Source of the DNA: Daphnia carinata
Taxonomy: Eukaryota
Length of the DNA: 64,000 nt
Direction: 5' to 3'
Assembly (NCBI RefSeq): GCF_022539665.2
Contig: NC_081332.1
Coordinates: forward strand, 7,750,001-7,814,000
Shown in pieces: positions 37,274 to 48,750 of the stretch. The position numbers and the translations under genes were made by a program. Within the stretch, counting starts at the first letter, position 1. Each line of letters starts with the position of its first letter. The notes under the pieces were generated by a model. That model worked only from the letters and a program-made list of their open reading frames with translations, had not been told where the DNA came from and ran no database searches.

Positions 37274-40270
37274 TTAGAGATTTTCAGTCTCCATTTCATC
37301 TCTCCCGCCGTCTCCGGGTGGAGCGCTGTCGCACCTCTCATGGGCAACAAGACGCTTATGAAGTGTGTAGTATTTAATCACTAGGAACACTATTCCACAC
37401 ACTAAAAGGATGTTGAAAGCCACTAACTCGTAAGGATAACGAGTAAGGTAAAACTCTTTTTGTTTTTCTTTTTCCAAAATTAAGTTTTGAATTTGCTCTC
37501 CAGTCATTTCAGATGACAACGTTGCTTGTGCGTTGCGATGGAGCAGCTGACTGATTATGTCCACAGACGTAGTGTTTTCTCGTGGAAGCTCGACGAAAGT
37601 GTGCTTTTTACCTTCGGCTTCTTGGACATTTTGTGCAAAGATTTTCACTGTTGGAAGAACAACTGCTTGCAGTTTTGGTGCCGTTACACTTCCTTCCATG
37701 CTGGCTGGGAATACCCATTCTTCGGTTCGAGCGGTGCATCCCAAAGGTATTTCAAACATTCCTACTGCTGGTAAGGTTGTTGTTCTTAAAGGTGGCTGCT
37801 CTCCTCCTGCTGGACAGGAAAACACAATCTCGTGCGGCTTTGTGGCTGAGTAGACCCATTGATTGGATCCCATGTAAACTACTTCGGGTCCACGCCAGTC
37901 TGTGAACTTCTTTTTACATTGTGTGTTGATTCGGGCCGAATCGTTTAAAAAGACAGCCATTGCGCAAGATTTCCGAGCTGTTCTCTTGCTGATGTCGGTA
38001 TGGAATTTACACAATGGTCTTCCTATTTTACTGCAATCCTTTACATCTTCTTTGGACAATTCTAGATACGTTTCCAGGTCGGCAGACACTGCAAGGTATT
38101 CTGGTAGATTTCCAAACAGCACACCATGCGTTCCATTGTCTGTAGCTGCCGGGAGGTTGATGATTTCGAAGAGCTTGTACTGCTGGGCGTGATCGAAGAT
38201 AGGAACATGTATGAAGAGACGAAACGAGTTTTCCATGGCTGCCACGGTGACAGTTGATTCTCGGTAGGCGACCCAAAGTTCGTCGCTGGAAATAGACCAT
38301 CCTCTTGGTAATTGCTCGTTTACCATTTTAATAACTTTATTGAATCTTGCTGGAGAGACAATTTGTGGCGCCAAATGTCCGTTAGCCAACAGACTAAAGC
38401 CGACGTCAAGACTATCGGCAAATTGTTGCAACCACAGCAAGATCTGATACATCGCTTCAAGTGTTTCGTCCAATTGGAGGTAATACTCGAAGTGATTTAG
38501 TACTAGTTGTCCTATGTTCCCTACTGTCTCTATGAGGTGTGTTGTAATATTGCTTAGTACAGCATACTGGCCTCGTAGCTCTCCGATAAGTTTTGCATTT
38601 GTTCTAGACTCCCAAAGTGATTCAATCACTATTGTTGCTTGTTTATCAATAATGTGGATTACTTCTCTTTGATCTCGAGAAACAAGTTGTATTTGACTGT
38701 TTAACTCTTCTAAATCTTTTTGTGTTGATACCCCAAACAGCCATTTCAGGATTGATCCTCCACCGTCAACGAGACTTCGACGGTTTCTTTGGTTAGGATT
38801 TAGAGCCTTTTTGGTGTTTGCCAATCGTTCTGCTACATTCTCCATTCCTTTCAGGATTGTCTGCGTTCTGCTGGTGATTCTTCTGGCTGCTATCTGCTGT
38901 GATCGTAAGCCTGTATTCTTCCACTTTTCTGCAACTTCCTGTTGTTGAAGTATCTTTTGCTTCAGGTATGCAGTCGCTGTATCGGCTACTCCCAAGTCAA
39001 GATCTGTTACGATGGTCCATGAAGATTCACTGAACGCGACATCGGTTTGTTGTTTGAATATTGCATTTTGCCTTAGAATTAACGAATTGCTTGACAGCGG
39101 TCCAATCAGAAAAATGAGGAACGGCACCAAAAGAGTTAAATAGCTGGTTGGAGGTCTTCTGCTACGAGTGGGTCTTCTAATTGACGTTGGCGCACTTACT
39201 TCCGAAGTGGGCGTGACCACGTCGTTTTCTTCGATGTCTGGTGATACACCGCTCTGTTCAACTAGTGTTTCTTCTGGATCAGCCTGAATTTGTGGATGAC
39301 TTGAAGCAGGTATCTCTTGTGTTTCTTTTTCCTGTTGATTTTCATCTTCTTTCTCTGAGACTTCTTCGGTGATGCCAGGTCGTGGCACAGCTTCATGGAA
39401 TGATTTCATTCGCACTACGTGAACGATATCTGTTTTTCCTCGGCCCGTTGCCGATATCACTTCATAGTTCACTGGTGTGGTTTGTCTCAACACTTTGAAT
39501 GGTCCTAGCCAACGATGAAGAAGTTTTTCTGATTTTCCCACTTTACGCACAGGCTTGTAGACCAACACTAAATCTCCTTCTTTGAATGACAATTCCCTAT
39601 GGCGTGCATCGTAAGTTTCTTTTTGCTTTTGCTGTACACGCTGCATTCTAATTTTCACTTTTTCTCTAGCTGCTGCTAAGTCAGTCATTAGGCGATCTGC
39701 ATATCCCATTGTTGCTTCCTCTTCTTCCAGCAATGGGTTTGGATCTGCTTCCAACTCCAAATCAATAGGAAGTCTGGGTTCACGTCCGTAGAGGAGGAAG
39801 AATGGTGAGTATCCAGTAGACTCTTGTCTAGCCGTGTTGTAGGCGAAGCACACATACTGCAAGGTTTCATCCCAATCTCGTTGATCACTGCTGACGTACA
39901 TTGACAACATTGCGGCTAATGTATGGTTCATTCTCTCCACTGCTCCATTTGCCTGGGGGTGATAACTGGAAGTCGTCTTGTGGTTGGTGAGCAGTTTCTT
40001 GACGACAGCTTGAGTTAGCTCGGCGATGAAGCACTTTCCCCGATCCGTGATGATTTGTTCTGGAGCCCCATGGCGCAGAAAGATTTGTTGAACGAAGAAC
40101 TCTGCCACGTCATCTGCCTTTCCAGTGGGCATAGCTTTCAACTCTACCCATTTGGTTAGGTAATCTACTGCCACTATAATCATTCTGTTTCCTTTTGTGG
40201 AGAGCGGGAATGGCCCTAGGAGGTCCATTCCTACTTTTTGAAACGGTCTTTCCACTTTAATGCATTCCAA
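37274..40270 (-). CDS. Integrase core fused in frame to an env resembling the baculovirus F / errantivirus type
   Basis: IN D,D35E (GMDLLGP, ITDRG, AVERMN) and GPF motifs. Then a hydrophobic signal-like stretch (YLTLLVPFLIFLIG), a furin site plus fusion peptide (RNRR-SLVDGGGSILKWLFG), a coiled coil, a Cys-rich region and a C-terminal TM. Confidence 0.88.
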   Translation of the reverse strand: MECIKVERPFQKVGMDLLGPFPLSTKGNRMIIVAVDYLTKWVELKAMPTGKADDVAEFFVQQIFLRHGAPEQIITDRGKCFIAELTQAVVKKLLTNHKTTSSYHPQANGAVERMNHTLAAMLSMYVSSDQRDWDETLQYVCFAYNTARQESTGYSPFFLLYGREPRLPIDLELEADPNPLLEEEEATMGYADRLMTDLAAAREKVKIRMQRVQQKQKETYDARHRELSFKEGDLVLVYKPVRKVGKSEKLLHRWLGPFKVLRQTTPVNYEVISATGRGKTDIVHVVRMKSFHEAVPRPGITEEVSEKEDENQQEKETQEIPASSHPQIQADPEETLVEQSGVSPDIEENDVVTPTSEVSAPTSIRRPTRSRRPPTSYLTLLVPFLIFLIGPLSSNSLILRQNAIFKQQTDVAFSESSWTIVTDLDLGVADTATAYLKQKILQQQEVAEKWKNTGLRSQQIAARRITSRTQTILKGMENVAERLANTKKALNPNQRNRRSLVDGGGSILKWLFGVSTQKDLEELNSQIQLVSRDQREVIHIIDKQATIVIESLWESRTNAKLIGELRGQYAVLSNITTHLIETVGNIGQLVLNHFEYYLQLDETLEAMYQILLWLQQFADSLDVGFSLLANGHLAPQIVSPARFNKVIKMVNEQLPRGWSISSDELWVAYRESTVTVAAMENSFRLFIHVPIFDHAQQYKLFEIINLPAATDNGTHGVLFGNLPEYLAVSADLETYLELSKEDVKDCSKIGRPLCKFHTDISKRTARKSCAMAVFLNDSARINTQCKKKFTDWRGPEVVYMGSNQWVYSATKPHEIVFSCPAGGEQPPLRTTTLPAVGMFEIPLGCTARTEEWVFPASMEGSVTAPKLQAVVLPTVKIFAQNVQEAEGKKHTFVELPRENTTSVDIISQLLHRNAQATLSSEMTGEQIQNLILEKEKQKEFYLTRYPYELVAFNILLVCGIVFLVIKYYTLHKRLVAHERCDSAPPGDGGRDEMETENL

Positions 40271-42472
40271 GGTGACCGGAAACGATGTCGTCATGGAAGG
40301 CGTATAGGATTCTTTCACGATACTCGACAGGTACGCACAATCTTCTATAACTCTTTCCATTCTTTATAGTTTCTTTGTAGAGTTTTCCATTGCTCATCAC
40401 GAAATTTTTTACTCTTGCTTTTCCGCTTTGGATTTTTTGAATTAGCTGATTCCAATTACTGCAGGCTTTTTGCTTGTCTGCCAGGGACTCGTTTTCTTCT
40501 TCAGCGAGTGTTAGGTCATCAGTTAGTGCCCCTATGATGACACAGCGGTCGTCTTCTTGCTCCTCTGTCTTTGGTAGTGGATTTCTTGAAAGACAATCTG
40601 CGTTGTCGTGCGTTTTTCCACTGCGGTATACGATCGTGATATCGTATTCTTGTAGCGATAAGCTCCAACGTGCTAAACGACCTGCTAGGTCTTTTTTGCT
40701 CATCAACCAACATAGAGCTTGATGATCTGTGACGACTTTCACTTTACAGCCCCACACAAAACATCTAAACTTGGAGAGACACCACACTAATGCAAGACAC
40801 TCTTTTTCAGTTATGGAATAGTTCACTTCCGATTTAGTCAGCAAACGGCTGGCATATGCGATGGGACGTTCTGCTTCATCTATGCGCTGGGCTAGTACAC
40901 CTCCTATCCCGTAACCACAGGCGTCAGGAAAAATTTCCATCGGCAAGTCATAGTTGGGATGGGCCAAAACTGGAGATGATGTAAGCGCTTTTTTCAGGGC
41001 AACGAAACTGTTTACCTGATCTTCTCCCCACACAAACGAAATTTCTTTCTTCGTGAGTGACGTGAGTGGGCGAGCGATTGAAGCAAAACCTTGGATGTGA
41101 CGTCGATAGTACGAACATAGGCCCAAAAAACTTTGCACTCGTTTAACTTTGTTTGCTGTTGAATGGCCTTCACTAGGTGATGGGAAGTTCGAGACTGCCT
41201 CGAGCTTTTCAGGATCTGGTGCTACACCATCTTTTGAAATCACATGTCCCAACACTTTTAGAGTGTGCTCCAAGAATGAGCATTTTGACCACTTTAGTTT
41301 CAAACCAGCTTTCACAAGGCAACTCAGCACTAAGCGAAGACGTTCCAAGTGTTGTTGGAATGTTGCTGAGTAGATTATGCGTCATCCAGGTATATCAGAC
41401 ATGTTGTCCAGCGGAGTCCAGCCAAAATAATGTCCATGGCTCTCTGAAAAGTGCCTGGGGCATTAGTTAGACCAAACGGAAGAGTGCGAAATTGGTACAA
41501 TCCATCTGCAGTGATGAAGGCTGTCTTCGGTCTATCACTGCTAACCACTGGAACTTGATGGTATCCAGCTTGCAAATCCATGCTTGAGAAAAACGTAGCC
41601 CCTTCTAGCCGACTCAGTCTATCGGCTATACGTGGTAAGGGGTAGGAATCTTTAACTGTTACCACATTGAGCTTGCGATAATCCACACAAAAACGCCAAG
41701 TGCCGTCTTTCTTCTTCACCAGGACCACTGGGGAAGACCAAGGGCTGTCAGACGGTTCGATTACTCCTCGACGTAACATTCCTTCCACTTGATTTTGGAC
41801 TACAGCTCTCTCTTTCCAAGCACTTTTGTAAGGGAGTTGATGTATTGGTGAAGCTGTTCCAGTATTAATGTCATGTTTGACCACTGCACAGTATCCCAAA
41901 TCATCTTCATTTAGTGCAAAGCAATGGATAAATTGTTTAAGAACTTTTTGTGTTTCTTCTTTTTCTTCTTTTGTTAGACCCGTTCCAATTCTTCCTTCTA
42001 GGTTTTCTAATAGTTGCTTTTCATCTCGATTCAAATCTTGTTCCTCAAATGAGGTGTCCAATGCTAGGATTTCTTGGCTTGTTTCTATTTCTTTTGTTTC
42101 GGGATGTTCTTCTAACGTCCCTAACGTAACTCCTTTTTCTAGCCAAATTGTTTTCGGAGACAAGTTAGCAACAGGGATTTTTTCTAAATCTTTTTGTACC
42201 AATGCATGACCAGTGGATAGGCTACTAGTCGCTAGCAATGACTCTGAGGGTGTCACAATGCAGGAACCTTCCATCTTGCTGGAAACTGTTGTTGAAACTT
42301 GCTTGATTGAGTATGCTGGTATCTCTTGACAATCTCTTGTAACCAGTTTACTTTCTTTGACTTCTTCTGTTTGAATAAGCGAAATTTCAGCAAGTGGTGA
42401 CTTTCCTGTCGTAAACGACAATTCTTGGGATTCATAATCAATGTGAATAGCTTGATTGTTGTAGGAAATCAT
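40257..42472 (-). pseudogene. Gypsy-B RT and RNase H, frameshifted
   Basis: ORFs 41375-42472 (ends YLDDA*, apparent 1-bp deletion) and 40257-41348. The IN zinc finger has lost its CC half at ~40265 (GHLG joined to CIKVERPF). Confidence 0.93.
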
Positions 42473-44051
42473 TTCCTAGTAGTAGTTCAAAACCCGACAT
42501 TGGCATGACTATCGCGTTTCCTTTGATAGTTTTACCCTTGTGGGTTACTACGATGTCAGCTGTACTCTGTGGGGACAGAGTATGGCCATTTACAAGGCGA
42601 ATTTTCGGTCCACTCTGTGGTTTTTCCACGAACTCTGTTTTCTTCAATAATTCAGGAGAAATCACTGTCACTGCAGCTCCTGTATCAATCAACGCCATTG
42701 CAGTTTCTTTACCGCACTTCACTTTTTCTTTAATTAATCTTGCAGGGTTTAGATTCAAAATGAAGTCTTCTGGCCCATTTTTGTTTTCTTCTGGCAACAC
42801 CAACTCTTGAACCATTGAGTTTATAGATGGATTCTCTTTTGAAGTTGTGCCTGTCCCAACGTCCTTCGCTGGGCCCCTATACTGCTCAGATTCAGGGTTT
42901 CTGAAACAGTTTCGGGCAATGTGTCCTGCTTTTTTACAGTAAAAGCACTGTGGCTTACCGCTTGTCGTGCGTCCTTTAGGTTTAAACGGCCCTCTTGGTT
43001 TCGGTTGCTCTTGACTGCCTTGTTTAAACAACTTTTCACAAGTTTCTTGAATTACTTCACGCATTGTCTTTAAAAGATCCGCTTGTTGATCCGGATAGAC
43101 CACCGAAAGGTTTGGAACTTGTTCAAACGACTTTTGTGGTTCCGCCATGGGATCCTTCCATCCTCTGGCTTCTGACATCATCGATGTCTCCGTATAGACT
43201 TTTGCCAGTTCTAAGAATTCTTCACACGTTTGTGGCTTCTGAGGATAGATTTTTCTAAAAAGTGCTGGTCGAAGGCCTCTAAACAAATGCTCTAGTCGGT
43301 GGACTTCCGACATGTTGGAGTCGACCAGTCTGCATAGATTAAGAATTTCGTAGTAGTATCTGGTGGTCAATTCATCCACTCCTTGAGTTCTACTTCTTAG
43401 TCTAGTTTCTTGGAAAAGACCATAAGAATTAGGCTGAAATTCTTCCAAAAATACCGTACGTAGACCGGGAACTGCAGGTCTTGCTTGATTTTCTCCGGCA
43501 GCCGGCTGTGCTGCCACATCTTGCCAGTCGTTTGGCACTCTTGCACACAAGAACCAATTTCTTGCGGCATCATCCAAGTACATGCAAAAGTTATTTCTTT
43601 CGTCCGCATCGCCCCAACCGTTGTGGGTAGAGATAGTCTCGTAGCGCTCTAACCATTGACGAGCGTCTTCCGTTGGGCTACCTCGAAAAATAGGTGGACT
43701 TATAAACTTTCTCACAGCCACCATGACTGTTTCTTGCAATTGTCTTGGAGGTCCAACAATGTGTTGTCCTATCGGAGGAACAACCGGGTGGGTGGGTTCT
43801 ATTAAATCTTGTTCGGAGTCAGAACTTGATTCTGACTGTCTTGCAGGATTTTCAAACCCTCTCTGGCGAATCGTCTCTGAACCTGAGGTCACCAAATCTT
43901 CTCTTGACGTAGAAATTTCAGAATCTTGTGCCTCGTTAGTCGCTGTGGTCTCGTTACCAGACAGCGCGGTGGGCAAGTCACGAAGCGGGTGCAATCGTCT
44001 ACTTGGATCCCGAGGGCAACTAGGTAAACGTGAGCTATTCTTCTTCTGCAT
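42438..44051 (-). CDS. Gypsy-B gag-protease
   Basis: Capsid-like region, CFYCKKAGHIARNC knuckle, ALIDTGA and LLGNDFL protease motifs. Confidence 0.9.
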   Translation of the reverse strand: MQKKNSSRLPSCPRDPSRRLHPLRDLPTALSGNETTATNEAQDSEISTSREDLVTSGSETIRQRGFENPARQSESSSDSEQDLIEPTHPVVPPIGQHIVGPPRQLQETVMVAVRKFISPPIFRGSPTEDARQWLERYETISTHNGWGDADERNNFCMYLDDAARNWFLCARVPNDWQDVAAQPAAGENQARPAVPGLRTVFLEEFQPNSYGLFQETRLRSRTQGVDELTTRYYYEILNLCRLVDSNMSEVHRLEHLFRGLRPALFRKIYPQKPQTCEEFLELAKVYTETSMMSEARGWKDPMAEPQKSFEQVPNLSVVYPDQQADLLKTMREVIQETCEKLFKQGSQEQPKPRGPFKPKGRTTSGKPQCFYCKKAGHIARNCFRNPESEQYRGPAKDVGTGTTSKENPSINSMVQELVLPEENKNGPEDFILNLNPARLIKEKVKCGKETAMALIDTGAAVTVISPELLKKTEFVEKPQSGPKIRLVNGHTLSPQSTADIVVTHKGKTIKGNAIVMPMSGFELLLGNDFLQQSSYSH

Positions 44052-44096
44052 CGACTATCTTTAAAGCAGCACTAATTCGTTAACAACGGGTAACGA

Positions 44097-44111
44097 GCTG
44101 CATCTCCACCA
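44097..44111 (-). promoter_or_regulatory. PBS complementary to the tRNA-Ala 3' end (TGGTGGAGATGC)
   Basis: 2 nt inside the 5' LTR. Confidence 0.85.
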
Positions 44112-44113
44112 AT

Positions 44114-44495
44114 TGTCACACTGGACTTTACTTTGTTAATGAATTGTATTGAATTTAAAAGGGGAAAATACAAAACATAGCAAACATAAAGAATAACCAC
44201 TTTTCTACTTAACTTCGAACGGGAAGAGAACTGTAGGAGGACTTGAAGGGAACTTAAGAACTTCAGAGCTGACAAGAACTAACTTAGGGCTAAAAATGTA
44301 GGGGTTTTTATACCCTTCGTGAAGAATATACGCCCCATCTCTAGGGTTACATGAATTCTAGGGATAACTATCTTTTACTACTTATTGGCGTGTTGCAGCA
44401 TCCTTTTCAAGAGAAGCTGCATTGTACGCCATTCAAACGTTGGTTGTCACGTCTTTTCAGAAATGACAATCACGTCACTATTTCCCCTCGCGACA
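44114..44495 (-). repeat. Gypsy-B 5' LTR
   Basis: Direct repeat of 35831-36212. Confidence 0.96.
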
Positions 44496-46435
44496 ATATC
44501 TACATTCAAACAGCAACAAATATACGTGTATTTAATGTGAATATAGTGTGATACAGTGAGTTTCAATATCTACATTCAAACAGCATCAAATATACGTGTA
44601 TTCAATGTGAATATAGCGTTAAAGAATCAGTTTCAATATCTACATTCAAAAACAGCATCAAATAGACGTGTATTCAATGTGAATATAGTGTGATACAGGG
44701 AGTTTCAATAACTACATTCAAATAGCATGAATTATACTTCTATTCAATATGAATATAGTGTTATAGAATCAGTTTCAATATCTACATTCAAACAGCATCA
44801 AATATACGTGTATTCAATGTGAATATAGTTTTATAGAATCAGTTTCAATATCTACATTCAAACAGCATCAAATATACGTTTATTCAATGTGAATGTAGTG
44901 TTCTAGAATCAGTTTCAATATCTACATTCCAAAAGTATCAAATATACGTGTATTCAATGTGAATATAGTGTTATAGAATCAGTTTCATGATCTATATTCA
45001 AACAGCATCAAATATACGTGTATTCAATGTGAATATAGTGTGATACAGTGAATTTCAATATCTACATTCAAACAGCATCTAACATACGTGTATTCAATGT
45101 GAATTTAGTGTGATACAGTGATTTCAATATCTACATTCAAACAGCATCAAATATACGTGTTTTCAATGTGAATATAGTGTTCAATGTGAATATAGTGTTA
45201 TAGAATCAGTTCCATGATCTACATTCAAACAGCATCAAATATACGTGTATTTATTGTGAATATAGTGTGATACAGTGAGTTCCAATATCTACATTCAAAC
45301 AGTATCAAATATACGTGTATTCAATGTGAATATAGTGTTATAGAATCAGTTTCATGATCTACATTCAAACAGCAACAAATATACGTGTATTCAATGTGAA
45401 TATAGTGTGTTACAGTGAGTTTCAATATCTATATTCAAACAGCATCAAATATACGTGTATTCAATGTGAATATAGTGTTATAGAATCAGTTTCATGATCT
45501 ACATTCAAACAGTATCAAATATACGTGTATTCAATGTGAATATAGTATGAAACAGTGAGTTTCAATATCTACATTCAAACAGCATCAAATATACGTGTAT
45601 TTAATGTGAATATAGTGTGATACAGTGAGTTTCAATATCTACATTCAAACAGCATCAAATATGCGTGTATTCAATGTGAATATAGTGTTGTAGAATCAGT
45701 TTTAATATCTACATTCTAAAAGTATCAAATATTCGTGTATTTAATGTGAATATAGTGTGATACAGTGAGTTTCAATATCTACATTCAAACAGCATCAAAT
45801 ATACGTGTATTCAATGTGAATATAGTGTTATAGAATCAGTTTCAATATCTACATTCAAACAGCATCAAATATACCTGTATTCAATGTGAATATAGTGTGA
45901 TACAGTGAGTTTCAATATCTACATTCAAACAGCAACAAATATACGTGTATTCATTGTGAATATAGTGTTATAGAATCAGTTTCAATATCTACATTCAAAC
46001 AGCATCACATATACGTGTATTCAATGTGAATATAGTGTTACAGAATCAGTTTCAATATCTACATTCAAACAGCATCAAATATACGTGTATTCAATGTGAA
46101 TATAGTGTTATAGAATCAGTTTCATATCTACATTCAAACAGCATCAAATATACGTGTATTCAATGTGAATATAGTGTTATAGAATCAGTTTCAATATCTA
46201 CATTCAAAAGCATCAAATATACGTGTATTCAATGTGAATATAGTGTTATACAGTCAGTTTCAATATCTACATTCAAACAGCATCAAATATACGTGTATTC
46301 AATGTGAATATAGTGTTATAGAATCAGTTTCAATATCTACATTCAAAACAGCATCAAATAGACGTGTATTCAATGTGAATATAGTGTTATAGAATCAGTT
46401 TTAATATCTACATTCAAACAGCATTAAATATACGT
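44496..46435. repeat. 70-bp satellite, block 5
   Basis: Same unit. Confidence 0.97.
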
Positions 46436-47038
46436 GCCATGGATCTTTACCAAGATAGAGACGTCGTGCTTCAGATTAAAAGATAATGTGTATTTCACCA
46501 CAAGGTTCCATAACACAACTGCAAAACTAACTGCTCTAACCAATTAATCAAAAAGCCCCCACAGGTGTGCCAAGTCGCCCCTTTTATATCCGGCGACGAG
46601 GGTGGTGTCCAAAGGACGGCCATAACTGGGGCGGGATTTCCATCCTAATATATCCGGCGACGAGGGTGGTGCTCAAAGGACGGCCATAACTGGGGCGGGA
46701 TTTCCATCCTAGCGCTGTTGTCGCTACCGCGGTGACGAATCGAATATTTCCGACGCGACATCCCCCTCCTTAAGTCGTGACTCGTCCCGATCGCGCTCGT
46801 GTGCCAGGAAAATAGAAGTCTAAAATCTAATATTTGTGTTACGGGGTAGAGGGATTACAGGGTTAGAGGAATTACACGACATTGACTTCATTTATAGGGG
46901 GGAATAAAGTAAATAAAAGCATTTCTCATGAATAAAAGTTGGGGCCGCCGCCGACCCATCTAGCGCTCGTAGCCTCAATACTCACCGGTCGACCAAGAGA
47001 TGGCGTGGCCAGATAGTGTCCTTTTCCAACCACGCTAT

Positions 47039-48202
47039 TCAGTCTCTTCTCATGTCCTCACGTTCTCGCCGGCGTCCATCACGTCCGTTTGGTCCCCTTT
47101 CGTCCTCTCTTCCTTCCCGATCGGGTGTTGGTGATCGTGGTCTCGTATTACCCGAGTTGGTCTCGCAAAAACGAGCAATATGACCGGAGCGTCCACATCG
47201 GTAGCAGATTGGTTTTCCGTCTACTGTTCGAGAAGTATTCTCCCCTCCCAGGCATAATTGTTTAGTCCCTCGTTCCAGCTCTTCTATCCGAGCTGCCATA
47301 TCGCGTATTAAATTTCTTAACTCGTCATGCGACCCTGGGCGCGTGCTGTCTCGCTTTGCGTCGGACTCGTAGGCTTCTTGTTTCAACGGAGTTCGCCTTT
47401 CTTCGTAGTCAGCATACGTGACTCGCTTGGCTGGAATAGGTTCCTTCGCTTGTCCCATAAAATTAACTACCTGATGCGGCTTCTCTGAATCCTCATATGC
47501 CCTAGTATAAATTTTTAATGCTCTAAAAAATTCATCTGTCGTCCGGGGCTGTTTAATTGTCATTTCTCGCTTCAAAGGCTGATTAAACTGATTAAGCCCA
47601 CGCAAAAGATAATCTATTTTCTTCGCTTCAGACATCATAGGGTTCAGCCTACGGCACTGATTGAGCACGTCATAGAAATATCCTACGACCGTTTCCGAAG
47701 CCTCCTGCTTCCGATTACGTAGCCTAGCTTTATGATAGCGGTCGAAATCCTCCGAGCGAAATGTTTCTAAAAATCGCGTCCGTAGGCCCCTTATCCCGGT
47801 TTCGGCCTCCCTCCCAGGCGCGGCTTCACGCGGAGCAACATCGTCCCAGACCACCTGTCCTATTTGACAAGCTAGCCAATCCTTTGCTGTGCCTTCTACG
47901 AATAATCCAAAGTATTCCGCTTTCTCAGCGGGACCCCATCCATTAAAATTGGCGGTCCTCTCGAAACGTTCTATCCATTCAGCGGCGTCATCGTCTGGTC
48001 CTCCGCGGAAAACTGGTACTTCACGATACTGCGATGGGTGAGCCGGTGCACGCTGAGCGGCTCCTCCTGCCTGTGCAGGTACACGGGCGGGAGGTCCATC
48101 ATTTCCTCTAAATTCCGCACGTTGGGCCATTTCAAGCGTTGGTGCTATAACGAGCGGTAAAGCTCCAGAAAAATCGTCTAACCCCTTATCTCTTCCTTCC
48201 AT
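47039..48202 (-). CDS. Gag (capsid plus CCHC knuckle), intact 387 aa
   Basis: VPVFRGGPDDDAAEWIERFE and CYRCGRSGHIARFC; clearly similar to Gypsy-B gag. Confidence 0.88.
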   Translation of the reverse strand: MEGRDKGLDDFSGALPLVIAPTLEMAQRAEFRGNDGPPARVPAQAGGAAQRAPAHPSQYREVPVFRGGPDDDAAEWIERFERTANFNGWGPAEKAEYFGLFVEGTAKDWLACQIGQVVWDDVAPREAAPGREAETGIRGLRTRFLETFRSEDFDRYHKARLRNRKQEASETVVGYFYDVLNQCRRLNPMMSEAKKIDYLLRGLNQFNQPLKREMTIKQPRTTDEFFRALKIYTRAYEDSEKPHQVVNFMGQAKEPIPAKRVTYADYEERRTPLKQEAYESDAKRDSTRPGSHDELRNLIRDMAARIEELERGTKQLCLGGENTSRTVDGKPICYRCGRSGHIARFCETNSGNTRPRSPTPDREGREDERGPNGRDGRRREREDMRRD

Positions 48203-48330
48203 TGCGCACTCGTTAAAAGGTTCCTTGCTTTTCGGCTATCTTCCGTTGCTCCCTCGGATCAATACACGTTTGTTCTCCTACACCGCTATCTCTCGATCTT
48301 GCTTCCTGATCAAACATCCGATACCTACAA

Positions 48331-48750
48331 GAGGAATTTGTTCTCGCGTTCAACTTTCCGATCGGGTTCAGTGATACGATTCCTCTTCTCGGAAAGGTAT
48401 GGCCGATCGCTTTGGCAGTCTGTGCCCCTACTTCTGAGGAACTTGTCCTCGCGTTCGACTTTCCGATCGGGTTCAGTGATACGATTCCTCTTCGCGGAAA
48501 GGTATGGCCGATCGCTTTGGCAGTCTGTGCCCCTACTTCTGAGGAACTTGTCCTCGCGTTCGACTTTCCGATCGGGTTCAGTGATACGATTCCTCTTCGC
48601 GGAAAGGTATGGCCGATCGCTTTGGCAGTCTGTGCTCCTACTTCTGAGGAACTTGTCCTCGCGTTCGACTTTCCGATCGGGTTCAGTGATACGATTCCTC
48701 TTCGCGGAAAGGTATGGCTGATCGCTTTGGCAGTCCGTGCCCCTACTTCT
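48331..48750. repeat. 4 x 105-bp tandem repeat (35-aa unit in ORF 48213-48902)
   Basis: Unit starts GAGGAA(C/T)TTG at 48331, 48436, 48541 and 48646. Confidence 0.95.

Larger units (their letters stand above)
35831..44495 (-). mobile_element. Ty3/Gypsy LTR retrotransposon with env (Gypsy-B), both LTRs present, defective
   Basis: 382-bp LTRs at 35831-36212 and 44114-44495 (4 mismatches); ATAT TSD; tRNA-Ala PBS; PPT GAAGAAGGGGGACC; gag-PR-RT-RH-IN-env order. Confidence 0.97.

Noticed and set aside
41348..42472. Programmed frameshifts or introns at the Gypsy ORF breaks
   Set aside because: The breaks fall inside conserved domains, with no slippery or GT-AG signals; 1-bp indels (decay or sequencing error) explain them.
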